Shown: positions 1-10,945, counted from the first letter of the stretch. The stretch: 64,000 nucleotides of DNA from an uncultured Candidatus Binatia bacterium (GCA_965214605.1 OZ243961.1:1216001-1280000), one strand, 5' to 3'. The notes: generated by a model not told the origin, from the sequence alone. Program-made: numbers and translations.

Positions 1-240
1 GCCGACCTCTCGCTCGCAGACCTTGTCCGGCGTAAGCTGAGCGCCTATTTTCAACACCACGCCTCGCTCGACACCTGTGATTTGTATGAGGTCATTCTTG
101 CCCAGGTCGAAAAGCCCCTGATTGAGCTGACTCTGGAGCATACCTCTGGCAATCAGCTCAAGGCGGCCGAGCTGCTGGGCATTAATCGCAACACGCTGCG
201 CAAAAAGATGGCCAGCCTGAAGATCAATCTCAAGAAATAA
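1..240 (+). CDS. 3' end of a sigma54-dependent (NtrC-type) regulator, Fis-type HTH; 5'-truncated by the window
   Basis: Frame +1 is open from base 1 and reads ...LYEVILAQVEKPLIELTLEHTSGNQLKAAELLGINRNTLRKK..., with TAA at 238-240. GNQxxAAxLLGINRNTLRKK is the Fis/NtrC HTH signature. Confidence 0.85.
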   Translation, partial: ADLSLADLVRRKLSAYFQHHASLDTCDLYEVILAQVEKPLIELTLEHTSGNQLKAAELLGINRNTLRKKMASLKINLKK

Positions 241-882
241 ATGCCCCCTTTCTCTTTTCCAAGTCCGCTGTACGCCATCGCCGATACGCTGGGCCGAGCG
301 GAGCTGCCGTGGCTTGAACTGACACGCCAGATGTGTGCCGGCGGAGCCCAGCTGATACAGCTGCGCTTCAAGGAGCAATCGGCCCGAAACTTTCTGCACC
401 TTGCCCGGCAGGCACGGACCATCTGCCAGCAACACGGCTGCCTGCTGATCATCAACGACCGGGCCGACATCGCCCGATCGGTTGACGCCGACGGGCTCCA
501 TATCGGCCAAGACGATCTGCCCTACGCCGCGGCCCGTCGCGTGCTCGGGCGGGACAAAATCATCGGCGTCTCAACCCATGACCTGGCTCAAGCTGTGGCG
601 GCTGAGCGCGAGGGGGCAGATTATATCGGCTTTGGACCGTTGTTCGGCACCCAGACCAAGGCGACCGGCTATAGTGCACGGGGACTCGCTCAACTGCGCG
701 AGATACGTGCCCGGACCAGCCTGCCAATTGTGGCCATTGGCGGCATCAGCGCCGAACGGGCCCCCGCCGTTCTGGCCGCGGGAGCCAACGCCGTAGCCAT
801 GATCAGCGATATTGTCTTGAGTCAACAGGTGGAGGCAAAAGTCCGCCACATCCTCCGCGATCTGTCTCCGGCCAGGGGGTAA
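241..882 (+). CDS. thiE: Thiamine-phosphate synthase
   Basis: Motifs QLRFK, IINDRADIA, GLHIGQDD, GVSTH, GPLFGTQTK and AIGGI. Confidence 0.95.
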   Translation: MPPFSFPSPLYAIADTLGRAELPWLELTRQMCAGGAQLIQLRFKEQSARNFLHLARQARTICQQHGCLLIINDRADIARSVDADGLHIGQDDLPYAAARRVLGRDKIIGVSTHDLAQAVAAEREGADYIGFGPLFGTQTKATGYSARGLAQLREIRARTSLPIVAIGGISAERAPAVLAAGANAVAMISDIVLSQQVEAKVRHILRDLSPARG

Positions 883-1465
883 TAGCCGCCATTCCCGCAC
901 CCGCGCCCAATGCCAAGCCGCTACTCCTGTGCGTCGTTTGCACCCCGGAGTACGGTCCCCCTTGGAACATTCTTCCGGCTCAATGGAAGACAGAGCGCTT
1001 TCGGATGGAATGGATGCTGCTTATTCCCTGCCCGAAGCCCGGTTTTTATTCATCGGCACCATTCTCTCTCCCGCGGTATCGCTCTCGGCTTGTAGAAAAC
1101 GGGAGTCGCGTGACGACCCTGGCAGAGGAGGATGGACATGAGGAGGTCTTCATAGGGTTTTGAGAGGCTGACGGTTGGAAGCACTAGACCGCTGCACTTC
1201 AGGATCTCGCCAGCGTTTGAATGCCCTCCAGAGAGAGGCTAGATGCACCGAACACCAAAATCCGCCCGAGACGGACTTTTGGCGGCGTAAATCCCCCAAC
1301 GGGGGAGAGGCAGGCCGCGTCCGCTCATATTTGACCAACGCGACGACTAGCCTGACCGCCACACCCATCATTGAGCCGCGTCATCCGCGTCTCCCTCTCC
1401 TTGTCGAGTGTAGCTCAGATTGGCTTCCGCCTCCTTACGGAGTCTGCTCTGCAGTCAGCTTCTCG

Positions 1466-2833
1466 TCAGTCACTGTCGCCTTCCCCCCCTTCTTGCCCGT
1501 CCTGGACCAGATTCTCAAAGCGTGTATATTCACGGCGGAAGGCCAGCCGGACAGTGCCGGTCGGGCCGTTACGCTGCTTGCTGATGATCACTTCAGCTAC
1601 CCCTTCGTCTTGCGAGTCTGCTGTATACACCTCATCCCGGTAGATGAACATGATAACGTCGGCGTCTTGCTCAATGCTACCGCTCTCACGGATGTCGGAC
1701 ATGACCGGTCGCTTATCGCCGCGTCTTTCAACCTCGCGGTTGAGCTGCGAGAGGGCCAAAACAGGCAGGTTGAGTTCTTTAGCCAGCCCTTTCAGTCCCC
1801 GGGAGATCTCGGACAGCTCCTGATTGCGGTTTTCCTCAGCGGTCAGGCCACGCATCAGCTGGAGGTAGTCAATAATGATGAGCCCGACGTCGACCTCGCG
1901 TTTGAGCCGGCGCGCCTTAGCCCGCACTTCCAGCACGTTTTGCGCCGCGGTATCGTCAATAAAAATCCGTGTCTCAGACAAGCGGCTGGCGGCCATTACC
2001 AGGCGCGGAAAGTCGCGCTCGTCCAGATGACCGGTACGGACTTTGGTCAGATCAACCCGAGCCTCAGAGCACAACATGCGCTGGACGATCTGCTCTTTTG
2101 ACATCTCCAGCGAATACACGCCGACTGCCACTTGATGATGGATAGCGACATACTGGGCAATGTTGAGCGCGAAACTCGTTTTGCCCATACTGGGCCGTGC
2201 ACCAATAATGACCAGATCGGAGGGCTGGAAGCCAGCGGTTTTGCGGTCCAAATCCAAGAACCCAGTCGGCACGCCGGTGACCAGCTCTTTGCGCTCGTAG
2301 AGCTGGTCCACAGTCTTGAGGGTGTCCATCATCATGTCGCCGACCCTGGTGAAGGCCGGGCGGATACGCTGCTCGGATACGTCAAAGATAAGGCGCTCGG
2401 CTTCGTCGAGGAAGGCTTCTATATTGTCTTGGTCGGTATGGCAGCGAGCGGCAATTTCGCGGGATACGTCGAGCAGACGGCGGAGCACGGCCTTTTCTCG
2501 GATGATCCGAGCATAGGAGGCGATACGAGCAGCACTCGGGACACGGTCCAGTAGTTCGGCCAAGTAAGTCGCCCCACCCATATCGGCCAACTCCCCCCGG
2601 CTGCGGAGGGTATCGGTCAGAGTAATAAGATCGATGGGTTCGGCTTTGTCGCTCAGACTGAGCATGGCACGGAAGATTTTACGGTGTGACTCGCGGTAAA
2701 AATCGGCCTCGCCCATGATCTCAATGACCCGGTCGAGGCCGGTAGCGTCGGTGAGGATACCGCCCAAGACGGACTGCTCGGCTTCGAGGTTCTGGGGAGG
2801 GACGGAGCGCAGGGAGTCCTCAGCGCGGGCCAT
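1466..2833 (-). CDS. dnaB: Replicative DNA helicase
   Basis: PPQNLEAEQSVLG N-terminus, Walker A GARPSMGKT, IDYLQLM, SQLNR, SGSIEQDAD and KQRNGPTG. Start set at the ATG of MARAEDS. No intein is visible. Confidence 0.97.
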   Translation of the reverse strand: MARAEDSLRSVPPQNLEAEQSVLGGILTDATGLDRVIEIMGEADFYRESHRKIFRAMLSLSDKAEPIDLITLTDTLRSRGELADMGGATYLAELLDRVPSAARIASYARIIREKAVLRRLLDVSREIAARCHTDQDNIEAFLDEAERLIFDVSEQRIRPAFTRVGDMMMDTLKTVDQLYERKELVTGVPTGFLDLDRKTAGFQPSDLVIIGARPSMGKTSFALNIAQYVAIHHQVAVGVYSLEMSKEQIVQRMLCSEARVDLTKVRTGHLDERDFPRLVMAASRLSETRIFIDDTAAQNVLEVRAKARRLKREVDVGLIIIDYLQLMRGLTAEENRNQELSEISRGLKGLAKELNLPVLALSQLNREVERRGDKRPVMSDIRESGSIEQDADVIMFIYRDEVYTADSQDEGVAEVIISKQRNGPTGTVRLAFRREYTRFENLVQDGQEGGEGDSD

Positions 2834-2837
2834 TGGC

Positions 2838-3671
2838 TTAATCGTCCAGGGCCGCGCGCACAGTGGCAAACAGGCGGCCGAGCTGCGTCAAGCCGTCCGC
2901 AATCCGTGGCCCATACCAACACAACGCCATTCCGTCGACGCAGTAGAGATGACCCATTTTCCCGGCGACCGTTTCGGCCAACGGTTTCAGATGGACGAAA
3001 TGTTTGGTGGTAAACGGATAGGGTTCGCTCGGCAGCACCACGACCTGCGGGTCAGCCGTCGCCACCTCGTCCAGGCTGACAGTTGGGTAGCGCTCGGCCT
3101 TGGCCCGAAAAATATTTTCTCCGCCACACGTCCGCAGCATATCGTCAATATAGGTCTGGTCGTTAAACGACATCCAGGGCTTGCGCCAGATTGGGCAGAA
3201 GACGCGTAAGCGGGGGTGGTATTCGAGGTCTGCTGTCAGCCGGTCAGCCTGCTGGCGCAGGGCGTGCGCCAACATCTGGCCGTCTTCCAAATGGCCGACA
3301 AGTTGCCCTAGCCGCTCGATCATATCGATCCCCTCCCTGACCGTTCTGGGCGCGGTCACATACACGCACAAACCGTGCTCCTTCAGCCAGACGAAATCTT
3401 CATGCCGGTTTTCCTCTTCGTTCAGGATAACCACATCGGGCTGCAGACGCAGTATGGCTTCCAGCTCCGGATTTTTGGTCCCACCGACCTTGGTAAGACC
3501 AGCAACCTGCTCGGGGGGATGAGTGCAGAAGCGGGTCACTCCAATGACAGACGCACCGGCGCCAAGGGCGAACAGAGTTTCGGTGATACTCGGCACCAGT
3601 GACACAATCCGCCGCGGATAGGCGGGAAGCGAAACCAGGCGCTGGAGTTCGTCAACACAGTCCATACACAC
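2838..3671 (-). CDS. Helical-backbone metal receptor / cobalamin-binding (BtuF-like) protein
   Basis: RIVSLVPSITETL, GVTRFCTHP, VGGTKNP, EEN and WYGPR motifs of the periplasmic binding protein type 2 family. Confidence 0.8.
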   Translation of the reverse strand: MCMDCVDELQRLVSLPAYPRRIVSLVPSITETLFALGAGASVIGVTRFCTHPPEQVAGLTKVGGTKNPELEAILRLQPDVVILNEEENRHEDFVWLKEHGLCVYVTAPRTVREGIDMIERLGQLVGHLEDGQMLAHALRQQADRLTADLEYHPRLRVFCPIWRKPWMSFNDQTYIDDMLRTCGGENIFRAKAERYPTVSLDEVATADPQVVVLPSEPYPFTTKHFVHLKPLAETVAGKMGHLYCVDGMALCWYGPRIADGLTQLGRLFATVRAALDD

Positions 3672-3680
3672 CCCGCTGTC

Positions 3681-3977
3681 CTAACGGTTTTCGGGATCCA
3701 AAATAGCCTCTAACTGCCGCTTCTCGTCAGGCGTATAGTCTCCCTCGAGCGGGGTAAGCGGGGTGGCTGGGGCAGCATCTTGGCTCGCCCAGGGCTGAAA
3801 AATTCCCATCCGACGCGCCTCTTTGTCAAGAAACATGACGATCCCAAGGAAACCGAGTAAGACCACACAGCCAAGGATGAGCAGAAACTTGGGCAGCAAC
3901 CAGCGTCGCTTTTTCGGCGCAGCTTTTTTTCTGCGGACAGGTGTCTTGCGGGTGGGTGTCTTTTTCCGGTCAGCCAT
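3681..3977 (-). CDS. Small bitopic membrane protein, hypothetical
   Basis: ATG preceded by AGGGGAAG. Basic N-terminus followed by one hydrophobic helix (LLILGCVVLLGFLGIVMFL). Lies within a minus-strand gene run. Confidence 0.65.
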   Translation of the reverse strand: MADRKKTPTRKTPVRRKKAAPKKRRWLLPKFLLILGCVVLLGFLGIVMFLDKEARRMGIFQPWASQDAAPATPLTPLEGDYTPDEKRQLEAILDPENR

Positions 3978-3988
3978 TCTCTTTCCCC

Positions 3989-5200
3989 TCAACGCCGGCT
4001 TAACGGTAGGTCTGAAGGGGCGTGTAACACCGCCCGGACGGCCTCCCAGCCGCTGCGCTGATGCCATCCCTCAACCCCATTGTACCACTTGAGCCCAACC
4101 GACTGAAGACGCTGGCTACGGGCGGCTAGACCGAACCAAAAGCGCCAGGCTGGTCCGTAGAACAGCCTGGTTGTCACCGCCAAACGGAAGAGTTTTTTGC
4201 CGACTCTGGAGCGGGCAAAGCGTTCGGTATAGCCGCTAAAATCGCCGCGCTGGCTGCTGAGGAGCGCCGACAGAATTTCCTGAGCCGCAAACTTCCCGTA
4301 TTCGAACGCAAAAGAGATGCCCTCGCCCATCAACGGCTCGGCCCCGGCCGCATCGCCTACCAACACCACACGCTGGCCGGCCAGGGCTCGGCGAGGATGA
4401 TAGCCACAGATAGGAAAAGCTCGCAAGCGATACGCCGTCTGGCAGTCGGCCTGTCCGGTCAGCGCGGCAACCTCAGCACCGAGCAGATGTCGCAGCTCGG
4501 CGTTGCTCAGGCGGGTCCGACCCAAGGCATAGATGCCGATATTCACGTGTGGCATTCCACCGATGAGGCATGGAAAGGCCCATAGATAGCCCTGTAAGCC
4601 ATGGCAAACAGGGAGAAAGTTAAAATCGTAGCGGCGCCGACCAAACCCCTCCCAGTTGGTGTCGGCCACAGGCACATCACACATCACCGCCCTGCCAAAC
4701 GGCAAGGTCGGTGACCCGACCAGCCGCCGTCGCACCCGGCTGCCCGAACCGTCAGCCCCCACAACGACTCGGGCCCGATAGGTCTGTTTATCGGTGACAA
4801 CGCGTACGCTAGCTGCCTCTCGCACCACGTCAATAAGCTTCTCAGACTGACGAATTTCGGCTCCTCGCTCCTCAGCGGCGCGAACCAATAAAAAGTCAAA
4901 TTCGTTGCGCCGAACAACCGAACACAGGCCGCCATCCTCACACACGACCTGCCGATTGGGCGGGACACGAACGAAAGCTCGGTCAACCGTGACGTGGGGA
5001 ATACTGAGCGGGACATCAAGCTCATCAAGACAGTTGATGGTATGGGGGATGAGTCCCCCGGCACAGATCTTCTCGCGGGGGTGGAGCGCCTTATCAATCA
5101 ACAGAATATTGCCGCTCAGCCTCGGCTCAGCCTTGAGCAGAGACAGAGCTGTGGCCGTTCCGGCTGGCCCTGCCCCGACAATCGCGACATCATAGGCCAC
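3989..5200 (-). CDS. Geranylgeranyl-reductase-family FAD-dependent oxidoreductase
   Basis: DVAIVGAGPAG, PREKICAGG, VGADG and LVGDAAG...GEGI motifs. Confidence 0.85.
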   Translation of the reverse strand: MAYDVAIVGAGPAGTATALSLLKAEPRLSGNILLIDKALHPREKICAGGLIPHTINCLDELDVPLSIPHVTVDRAFVRVPPNRQVVCEDGGLCSVVRRNEFDFLLVRAAEERGAEIRQSEKLIDVVREAASVRVVTDKQTYRARVVVGADGSGSRVRRRLVGSPTLPFGRAVMCDVPVADTNWEGFGRRRYDFNFLPVCHGLQGYLWAFPCLIGGMPHVNIGIYALGRTRLSNAELRHLLGAEVAALTGQADCQTAYRLRAFPICGYHPRRALAGQRVVLVGDAAGAEPLMGEGISFAFEYGKFAAQEILSALLSSQRGDFSGYTERFARSRVGKKLFRLAVTTRLFYGPAWRFWFGLAARSQRLQSVGLKWYNGVEGWHQRSGWEAVRAVLHAPSDLPLSRR

Positions 5201-5203
5201 GCC

Positions 5204-5620
5204 TCAGACCACCCCGGCCCGTGGCTCCACATTTTCGTGAATCCAGTCCACAATCATCTGCGTACTCGCCCCAGGCGTAAAAATTTCTTTGACTCCAGCC
5301 TCTTTGAGCTGAGGGATATCATCATCGGGCACGATCCCACCGCCAAAAACCGCAATATCGTCAGCCCCCCGCTCATCCAGCGCACTCAGAATGGCCGGAA
5401 AGAGCGTCATGTGCGCCCCAGACAGAATGCTCAGCCCGATGGCATCGACATCTTCTTGGACAGCAGCCTCGGCAATCATCTCCGGCGTCTGGTGGAGTCC
5501 GGTATAGACCACCTCAAAACCCGCGTCACGCAGGGCGCGGGCAATAATCTTGGCTCCCCTATCGTGGCCGTCCAAGCCGGCTTTCGCCACTAGAATACGT
5601 AATACTTTCTTGTCGAACAC
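5204..5620 (-). CDS. Acyl-CoA mutase small (cobalamin-binding) subunit, IcmB-like
   Basis: DGHDRG B12-binding motif, GLSILSGAH and GGG. Confidence 0.92.
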   Translation of the reverse strand: MFDKKVLRILVAKAGLDGHDRGAKIIARALRDAGFEVVYTGLHQTPEMIAEAAVQEDVDAIGLSILSGAHMTLFPAILSALDERGADDIAVFGGGIVPDDDIPQLKEAGVKEIFTPGASTQMIVDWIHENVEPRAGVV

Positions 5621-5651
5621 AGAAATCCTCCGTCATAGCCAAGCATCAACG

Positions 5652-7292
5652 CTACAACCAGGCCGGGTCCCGATACACGCCAAACACGTCACGGTAGATA
5701 TCCGAGATTTCGCCCAGCGTGCAGGAGGCTTTGACCGCCTCAATCAGCGGTGGCATCAGATTGGTGCCATTGCGGGCCGCAGCGTGCACTCGACCAAGAT
5801 GTTCGCTGACCGTTGCCTGGTCGCGTTCAGCCTTGATCTTTTTGATACGCTCAATCTGACTACGCTCTACCTCGGGTTCGATTTTCAGGATCTCAAGTGG
5901 GCGCTCTTCGGGCGGAACCTGATACTTATTCACGCCAACAATAATCTTTTCACCGGCATCGAGCTGCTGCTGGTAGCGGTAGGCGGAGTCGGCAATCTCC
6001 TTCTGCGGATAGCCGATATTAATGGCGTTGATAATCCCGCCCAATTCATCAATTCGCTTGATGTAGGCAAACGCTTCTTGCTCAATCCGGTCGGTCAGGG
6101 CCTCAATCGCCCAGCTACCGCCCAGGGGGTCAATCGTGTTGGTCACACCACTCTCTTCAGCAAGGATCTGCTGCGTTCTCAGGGCCACCATCACCGCCTG
6201 CTCGGTCGGCAGGGCCAGGGTCTCATCCATTGAGTTGGTATGCAGCGACTGGGTTCCACCCAGCACCCCAGCCAAGGCCTGGATGGCTACCCGGACGACA
6301 TTATTCATCGGCTGCTGGGCGGTCAGACTCACTCCGGCCGTCTGGCAGTGAGTGCGTAGCAACAGCGACTTGGGCTGTTTGGCGCCAAACCGCTCCTTCA
6401 TAATCTTGGCCCACATGCGCCGGGCCGCCCGGAGTTTGGCAATCTCCTCAAAGAAGTCGTTGTGCAGGTCAAAGAAAAAAGACAGCCGGGCCGCAAACTC
6501 ATCAACATCCAAACCACGTTCTATGGCCGACTGTACATAGCCGATACCGTCGGCCAAGGTAAAGGCCAGCTCCTGCACCGCGGTCGCCCCAGCCTCACGA
6601 ATATGGTAGCCGGAGATCGACACCGCGTGCCAACGCGGGACCTGTTTGACACAGAATTCTACCATATCGGTTACAATCCGTACCGCTGGCTCAGGAGGGC
6701 AGATCCACTCTTTCTGGGCGATATACTCTTTGAGCATATCGTTTTGGATCGTTCCCCCCAGCTGATCGCGCGGCACGCCCTGTTTATCGGCCACCGCAAT
6801 ATACATGGCCAGAATAATGCTGGCCGTACAGTTGACGGTCATCGAGGTGGTGACCTTGTCAAGCGGAATACCGTCAAACAGGCGTTCCATATCGTCCAGG
6901 GTTGAGACTGACACGCCCTCGCGACCGACCTCGCCCAGTGAGCGGGAATTATCGGCGTCGTAGCCCATCAGAACCGGCATATCAAAGGCGGTTGACAGGC
7001 CGTTCTGGCCCTCCGCCAGAAGGAGCTTGAAGCGCTGATTCGTATCCTCAGGCGTCCCGAAACCGGCAAACTGGCGCATAGTCCAGAACTTACCGCGGTA
7101 CATATTCGGATACACTCCACGGGTATACGGATATTCGCCTGGCAGGCCGATCGCCTGCTCATAATCCACCCCGTTCTTGTCCTCAAGAGTATATAGCGGA
7201 GCTATCTCCATATCGGAGATGGTCGAAAAACGCTCTAGACGTTCACCCTGCTTGGGATACTTCTGGGCCAGCCATTCGTGTTTGTTCATCAA
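5652..7292 (-). CDS. Acyl-CoA mutase large subunit, probably isobutyryl-CoA mutase (IcmA-like)
   Basis: Mutase TIM-barrel motifs. Specificity positions read RQFAGF (Phe) and KEYIAQKEW (Gln), not the Tyr/Arg pair of methylmalonyl-CoA mutase. Confidence 0.85.
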   Translation of the reverse strand: MMNKHEWLAQKYPKQGERLERFSTISDMEIAPLYTLEDKNGVDYEQAIGLPGEYPYTRGVYPNMYRGKFWTMRQFAGFGTPEDTNQRFKLLLAEGQNGLSTAFDMPVLMGYDADNSRSLGEVGREGVSVSTLDDMERLFDGIPLDKVTTSMTVNCTASIILAMYIAVADKQGVPRDQLGGTIQNDMLKEYIAQKEWICPPEPAVRIVTDMVEFCVKQVPRWHAVSISGYHIREAGATAVQELAFTLADGIGYVQSAIERGLDVDEFAARLSFFFDLHNDFFEEIAKLRAARRMWAKIMKERFGAKQPKSLLLRTHCQTAGVSLTAQQPMNNVVRVAIQALAGVLGGTQSLHTNSMDETLALPTEQAVMVALRTQQILAEESGVTNTIDPLGGSWAIEALTDRIEQEAFAYIKRIDELGGIINAINIGYPQKEIADSAYRYQQQLDAGEKIIVGVNKYQVPPEERPLEILKIEPEVERSQIERIKKIKAERDQATVSEHLGRVHAAARNGTNLMPPLIEAVKASCTLGEISDIYRDVFGVYRDPAWL

Positions 7293-7880
7293 TCCTCCTT
7301 AAGGCGGGAAGTCGGCTTAATCTGGTCGGTATGGCAAATACAGCTTGCCCGGACCACAATCGTGACAAACGCCTCTCCGATGCAGCTATCTTAAACTTTT
7401 GGGCTCAGAGATCAACTGTCAGAGGGAGAGTAGCAGCCACCACAGGACAGCTCAAAGCTGTCCTCGCCTCCACGACAAAGAAAGATATACTGAGCAAAAA
7501 TTACTGGTCAGTGCGCGGTAGGTCCGAGAGATTTCCCCCAAGCATGCCACCACGCTAGCGAGAAGACGCGGCCAAGTTTCTCTACGAGTGAACAAACGGG
7601 CGTAAGCGCTGCTCTGACTGAGGAGAATGAGAAATGGCGCTGTTTGATTGGAGGTTATTGCTCGTCGCGATTATCGCCTTCATTGGAACTTCTGTGACAT
7701 ACACGTCCGCCCCCACTCACACAAATAGCCAACGTTCTCGTACACGGCGAAACGATACTGCAACGCCATACTCACCTCTTTCAAACCAGCTTGTAAAACA
7801 GGGGGCTCTCGTCTTCCTAGGCAGAGAGCGAGAAGAGCGCGCACATCGTGGGCATTCCTCCCCAGGGACGATCTAATCGC

Positions 7881-8663
7881 TTACTTGCCCGTAAACTTGG
7901 CCTCGCGTTTTTCCAGAAACGCCGTCATGCCCTCTTTTTTGTCCTCGGTCGCAAAGGTCATGGCAAATGCCTCGGCCTCAAAACGGCTAGCGTTGGCGAT
8001 GTCCATGTCAATTCCCGAATTAATCGCCGCCTTGGCCTGGCGGATGGCTATGGCCGGCTTAGTCGCGATTTTTTGGGCCAGAGCTTTGGCCTCGGTCATT
8101 AAATCGGCCAAGGGCACAACGCGATTGACCAGACCGTGGCGCAGCGCGGTCTCGGCATCGATCATGTCCCCGGTATAGATTAGCTCACGGGCCAGAGGAA
8201 GACCGATCCGGCGGGGCAAACGCTGGGTGCCGCCAAAGCCCGGAATCACGCCCAGGTTGATTTCGGGCTGACCGAACCTGGCTTTGTCAGCGGCAATGAT
8301 CAGGTCACAGGCCAGGGCCAGCTCGGTTCCCCCGCCCAGGGCAAAGCCGTTGACCGCGGCAATCACCGGAATAGGAAATTCTTCTAGTACTCGGCCTACA
8401 TTTAGACCGCTATTAGCAAACGCCTTGCCCTCCAGCGGCGTCATATCGACCATGGCTGAGATATCGGCCCCGGCCACAAACGCCCGCTCGCCCGCGCCCG
8501 TAATAATCAGACACCGGACCAAAGCGTCCCCACGCACCTCTTCGAGGCAAGTCGCAATTTCCCGCACGGTGGCTGGATTGAGCGCGTTGAGGCTTTTGGG
8601 CCGATTGACAGTTAGAATACCAACTGCGTCGTCTTTTTCAAAGACAATGTTCTTGTAAGCCAT
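7881..8663 (-). CDS. Enoyl-CoA hydratase / crotonase
   Basis: NRPKSLNALN, FVAGADI, GFALGGGTELALACD and FGQPEINLGVIPGFGGTQRL motifs. Confidence 0.92.
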   Translation of the reverse strand: MAYKNIVFEKDDAVGILTVNRPKSLNALNPATVREIATCLEEVRGDALVRCLIITGAGERAFVAGADISAMVDMTPLEGKAFANSGLNVGRVLEEFPIPVIAAVNGFALGGGTELALACDLIIAADKARFGQPEINLGVIPGFGGTQRLPRRIGLPLARELIYTGDMIDAETALRHGLVNRVVPLADLMTEAKALAQKIATKPAIAIRQAKAAINSGIDMDIANASRFEAEAFAMTFATEDKKEGMTAFLEKREAKFTGK

Positions 8664-8664
8664 C

Positions 8665-9621
8665 TTAATATTCCGGGTATTCATCGAAATGGTGAAAGGT
8701 CTCTAATAGGCGCAGGGTCCGGGTCTCAGAACGCAGCACGACCGAGTTGGTCATCGCTCCGCCGCTGTAGAAGCGCACGCCTTTGAGATAGCTACCGGTC
8801 GTCACCCCGGTAGCGGCAAAAATGACATTCCCTCCAGCCATCTCTTCAGTGCTATACTTCTTGCCAAAGTCGTAGATGTCTAAGTCGTGCAGTTGCTTGG
8901 CCTCGTCCTGATTACGGGGCCGAAAACGTCCCTGGATTTCTCCGCCAATACAGCGCAGCGCAGCTGCAGTGAGAATGCCCTGGGCCGCTCCGCCGGTCCC
9001 CATCAGCAAATCAACTCCGGCCGGCTCATGGGTGGTGGCCAATGCGGCCGACAGGTCGCCGTCGCTGATCAGTTTAACCCGGATACCGAGTCGGCGCAGC
9101 TCGCTACTCAGCCCTTCGTGGCGGGGCCGATCCAGCACGACTACGGTCAGGTTAGAGACGGGCACCTTCTTGGCTTTGGCCACTGCTACCAAATTTTCTT
9201 CAACCGACTTGTCCAGGTCAATCTCGCCCTTGCCCTCCGGCCCAACCGCAATCTTGTCCATGTGACAGTTAGGCGGGCAGCGTAGAAAGCCGCCCGGCTC
9301 AGCGGCCGCAATGACCGAAATGGCGTCTGGCGAACCGGTTGCACACGAGGTCGCACCTTCCAGAGCGTCGAGCGCCAGCTCAATCGGTGGCCCGGCACCG
9401 TTTCCCAGCTTTTCGCCGACGTATAGCATTGGGATCGCCTCTTCCTCGCCTTCGCCAATGACAATCTGGCCGTCGCACTCAACGGCCGAAAACAGGCTAT
9501 GCATGGCTTCAGCTGCGGCGTAATCGGCCTCAACTTCATCCCCGCGGCCCATCAGTCTTGCAGACGCCAGAGCTGCGGCTTCGGTGACCCGGACCATTTC
9601 GAGAGCGAGGTTGCGTTCCAT
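8665..9621 (-). CDS. glpX: Class II fructose-1,6-bisphosphatase
   Basis: MERNLALEMVRVTEAAA, VIGEGE, LDRPRH, DGD and FAATGVT motifs. Confidence 0.9.
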   Translation of the reverse strand: MERNLALEMVRVTEAAALASARLMGRGDEVEADYAAAEAMHSLFSAVECDGQIVIGEGEEEAIPMLYVGEKLGNGAGPPIELALDALEGATSCATGSPDAISVIAAAEPGGFLRCPPNCHMDKIAVGPEGKGEIDLDKSVEENLVAVAKAKKVPVSNLTVVVLDRPRHEGLSSELRRLGIRVKLISDGDLSAALATTHEPAGVDLLMGTGGAAQGILTAAALRCIGGEIQGRFRPRNQDEAKQLHDLDIYDFGKKYSTEEMAGGNVIFAATGVTTGSYLKGVRFYSGGAMTNSVVLRSETRTLRLLETFHHFDEYPEY

Positions 9622-9640
9622 AGCGGCGTGGCTCCCGGCC

Positions 9641-10870
9641 TTAGGAATCCGAACCAATGGCCTGGCCGTGAATGAATTGGGGCATGATCCGCCAAGCTTC
9701 GGGCACGACCAGTCCGGTCTGTTTGGCGCTAGACTCATTATAGGCCAGAGCCCGTGGGGTGGCGTTTTGCCATTCGTGTGACGACAGCACGGCAAACGGT
9801 ACCGGGTCGTCAGAGTGGGTCTTTATTGCAACCGGTGTCGCGTGATCGGGCATTAGCAACAAACGCCATTCGCCAAAGCAATCGAGCCCCTTCAGGATGG
9901 TTCCAACAACCTTGTGGTCAAAATCTTCAAGCGCCTGAACCTTCTTGTCGGCCGCCCCCATATGACCGGCCTCGTCGGTGGCCTCGACGTGCAAAAACAG
10001 AAAGTCTTTGTGGGTGAGTGCCTCCAAACCATACTCGGCTTTGCCCAGATAATTGGTGTCCAGAAAGCCGGTCGCGCCAGGCACTAGAATCACCTCCAGA
10101 CCGGCCAGCACGCCGAGGCCACGGACTAAATCGACGGCCGAGATAACCGCGCCGTGGAGTCCGAACTGTTCGTGCAGAGTGGGCACCGCCGGTCGCCGAC
10201 CCTGTCCCCACAGCCAAATGCTCGAGGCCGGATTTTTCCCCTGTTCTCGCCGCCGCAGGTTGACCGGATGCTCGGCAAAAATCTCGCGTGAGCGTTCCAT
10301 CAAGGCGCACAGCCACTCGGCTCCTTCCCCGTGGGGAAAATGACCGGCGAGCGGCTTGTCGGTGATATCGTGAGGTGGGGTGGTGTGCATGCCTTCTTTG
10401 CCCTGATGCCAGACCAGCAGGTGCCGATAGCTCACCCCGGGATAAAAGCGCAACTCGGTTCCGCCGAGTTTGGCATTCAGCGCGCCGATCAGCTCGGCCG
10501 CTTCTTCGCTCGAAATATGGCCCGCCGTAAAGTCGAGCATCACCTCGCTGCTGTCATCCTGAGTAGCAAAGCTCACCAGATTACACCGAAAGGCAATATC
10601 GGTCGGTGCCAACTCCACCCCCATACTAGCTGCCTCAATTGGCGAACGGCCGGTATGATAGTGACGTGGATCAAAGCCGAGTAGGCTCATCGTACCCACA
10701 TCGCTGCCGGGCGGATAGCCTTTGGGAATCGTATGGGTCAATCCCAGCCTGCCGTAGGCGGCAATCCGATCCATATGGGGGGTATGCGCATACTCAAGCG
10801 GCGTTTTATTGTCCAACTCGGGTACCGGCCAATCGGCCATTCCATCACCTTGCAGCACGACGTATTTCAT
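9641..10870 (-). CDS. apgM: ApgM-family cofactor-independent phosphoglycerate mutase homolog (proposed homoserine kinase subgroup)
   Basis: GDGMAD, TPLE, PGSD, HVEATDEAGH and PDHATP..KTH motifs. Located after hom-thrC. Confidence 0.85.
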   Translation of the reverse strand: MKYVVLQGDGMADWPVPELDNKTPLEYAHTPHMDRIAAYGRLGLTHTIPKGYPPGSDVGTMSLLGFDPRHYHTGRSPIEAASMGVELAPTDIAFRCNLVSFATQDDSSEVMLDFTAGHISSEEAAELIGALNAKLGGTELRFYPGVSYRHLLVWHQGKEGMHTTPPHDITDKPLAGHFPHGEGAEWLCALMERSREIFAEHPVNLRRREQGKNPASSIWLWGQGRRPAVPTLHEQFGLHGAVISAVDLVRGLGVLAGLEVILVPGATGFLDTNYLGKAEYGLEALTHKDFLFLHVEATDEAGHMGAADKKVQALEDFDHKVVGTILKGLDCFGEWRLLLMPDHATPVAIKTHSDDPVPFAVLSSHEWQNATPRALAYNESSAKQTGLVVPEAWRIMPQFIHGQAIGSDS

Positions 10871-10945
10871 ACCAGATTCCTCACTCTGGGGTGGTTGGTT
10901 CCCCTCACACCCGTTGTTCAAGAAGGAGTCGATAATCTCATCTGG

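Noticed and set aside
883-1465. 580-nt gap between convergent thiE and dnaB, considered as an ncRNA (6S, tmRNA, RNase P) or small gene
   Set aside because: I could recognise no conserved RNA motif or protein family. The short ORFs lack SDs and motifs.
1175-2101. 308-aa + strand ORF
   Set aside because: Largely an antisense shadow of dnaB, with no recognisable motifs.
5652-7292. Annotation as methylmalonyl-CoA mutase
   Set aside because: The specificity residues are Phe/Gln rather than Tyr/Arg.
7634-7876. 80-aa ORF with an SD and hydrophobic N-terminus
   Set aside because: Opposite strand to the surrounding operon with no recognisable family. It may be real or a remnant, but I cannot support it.
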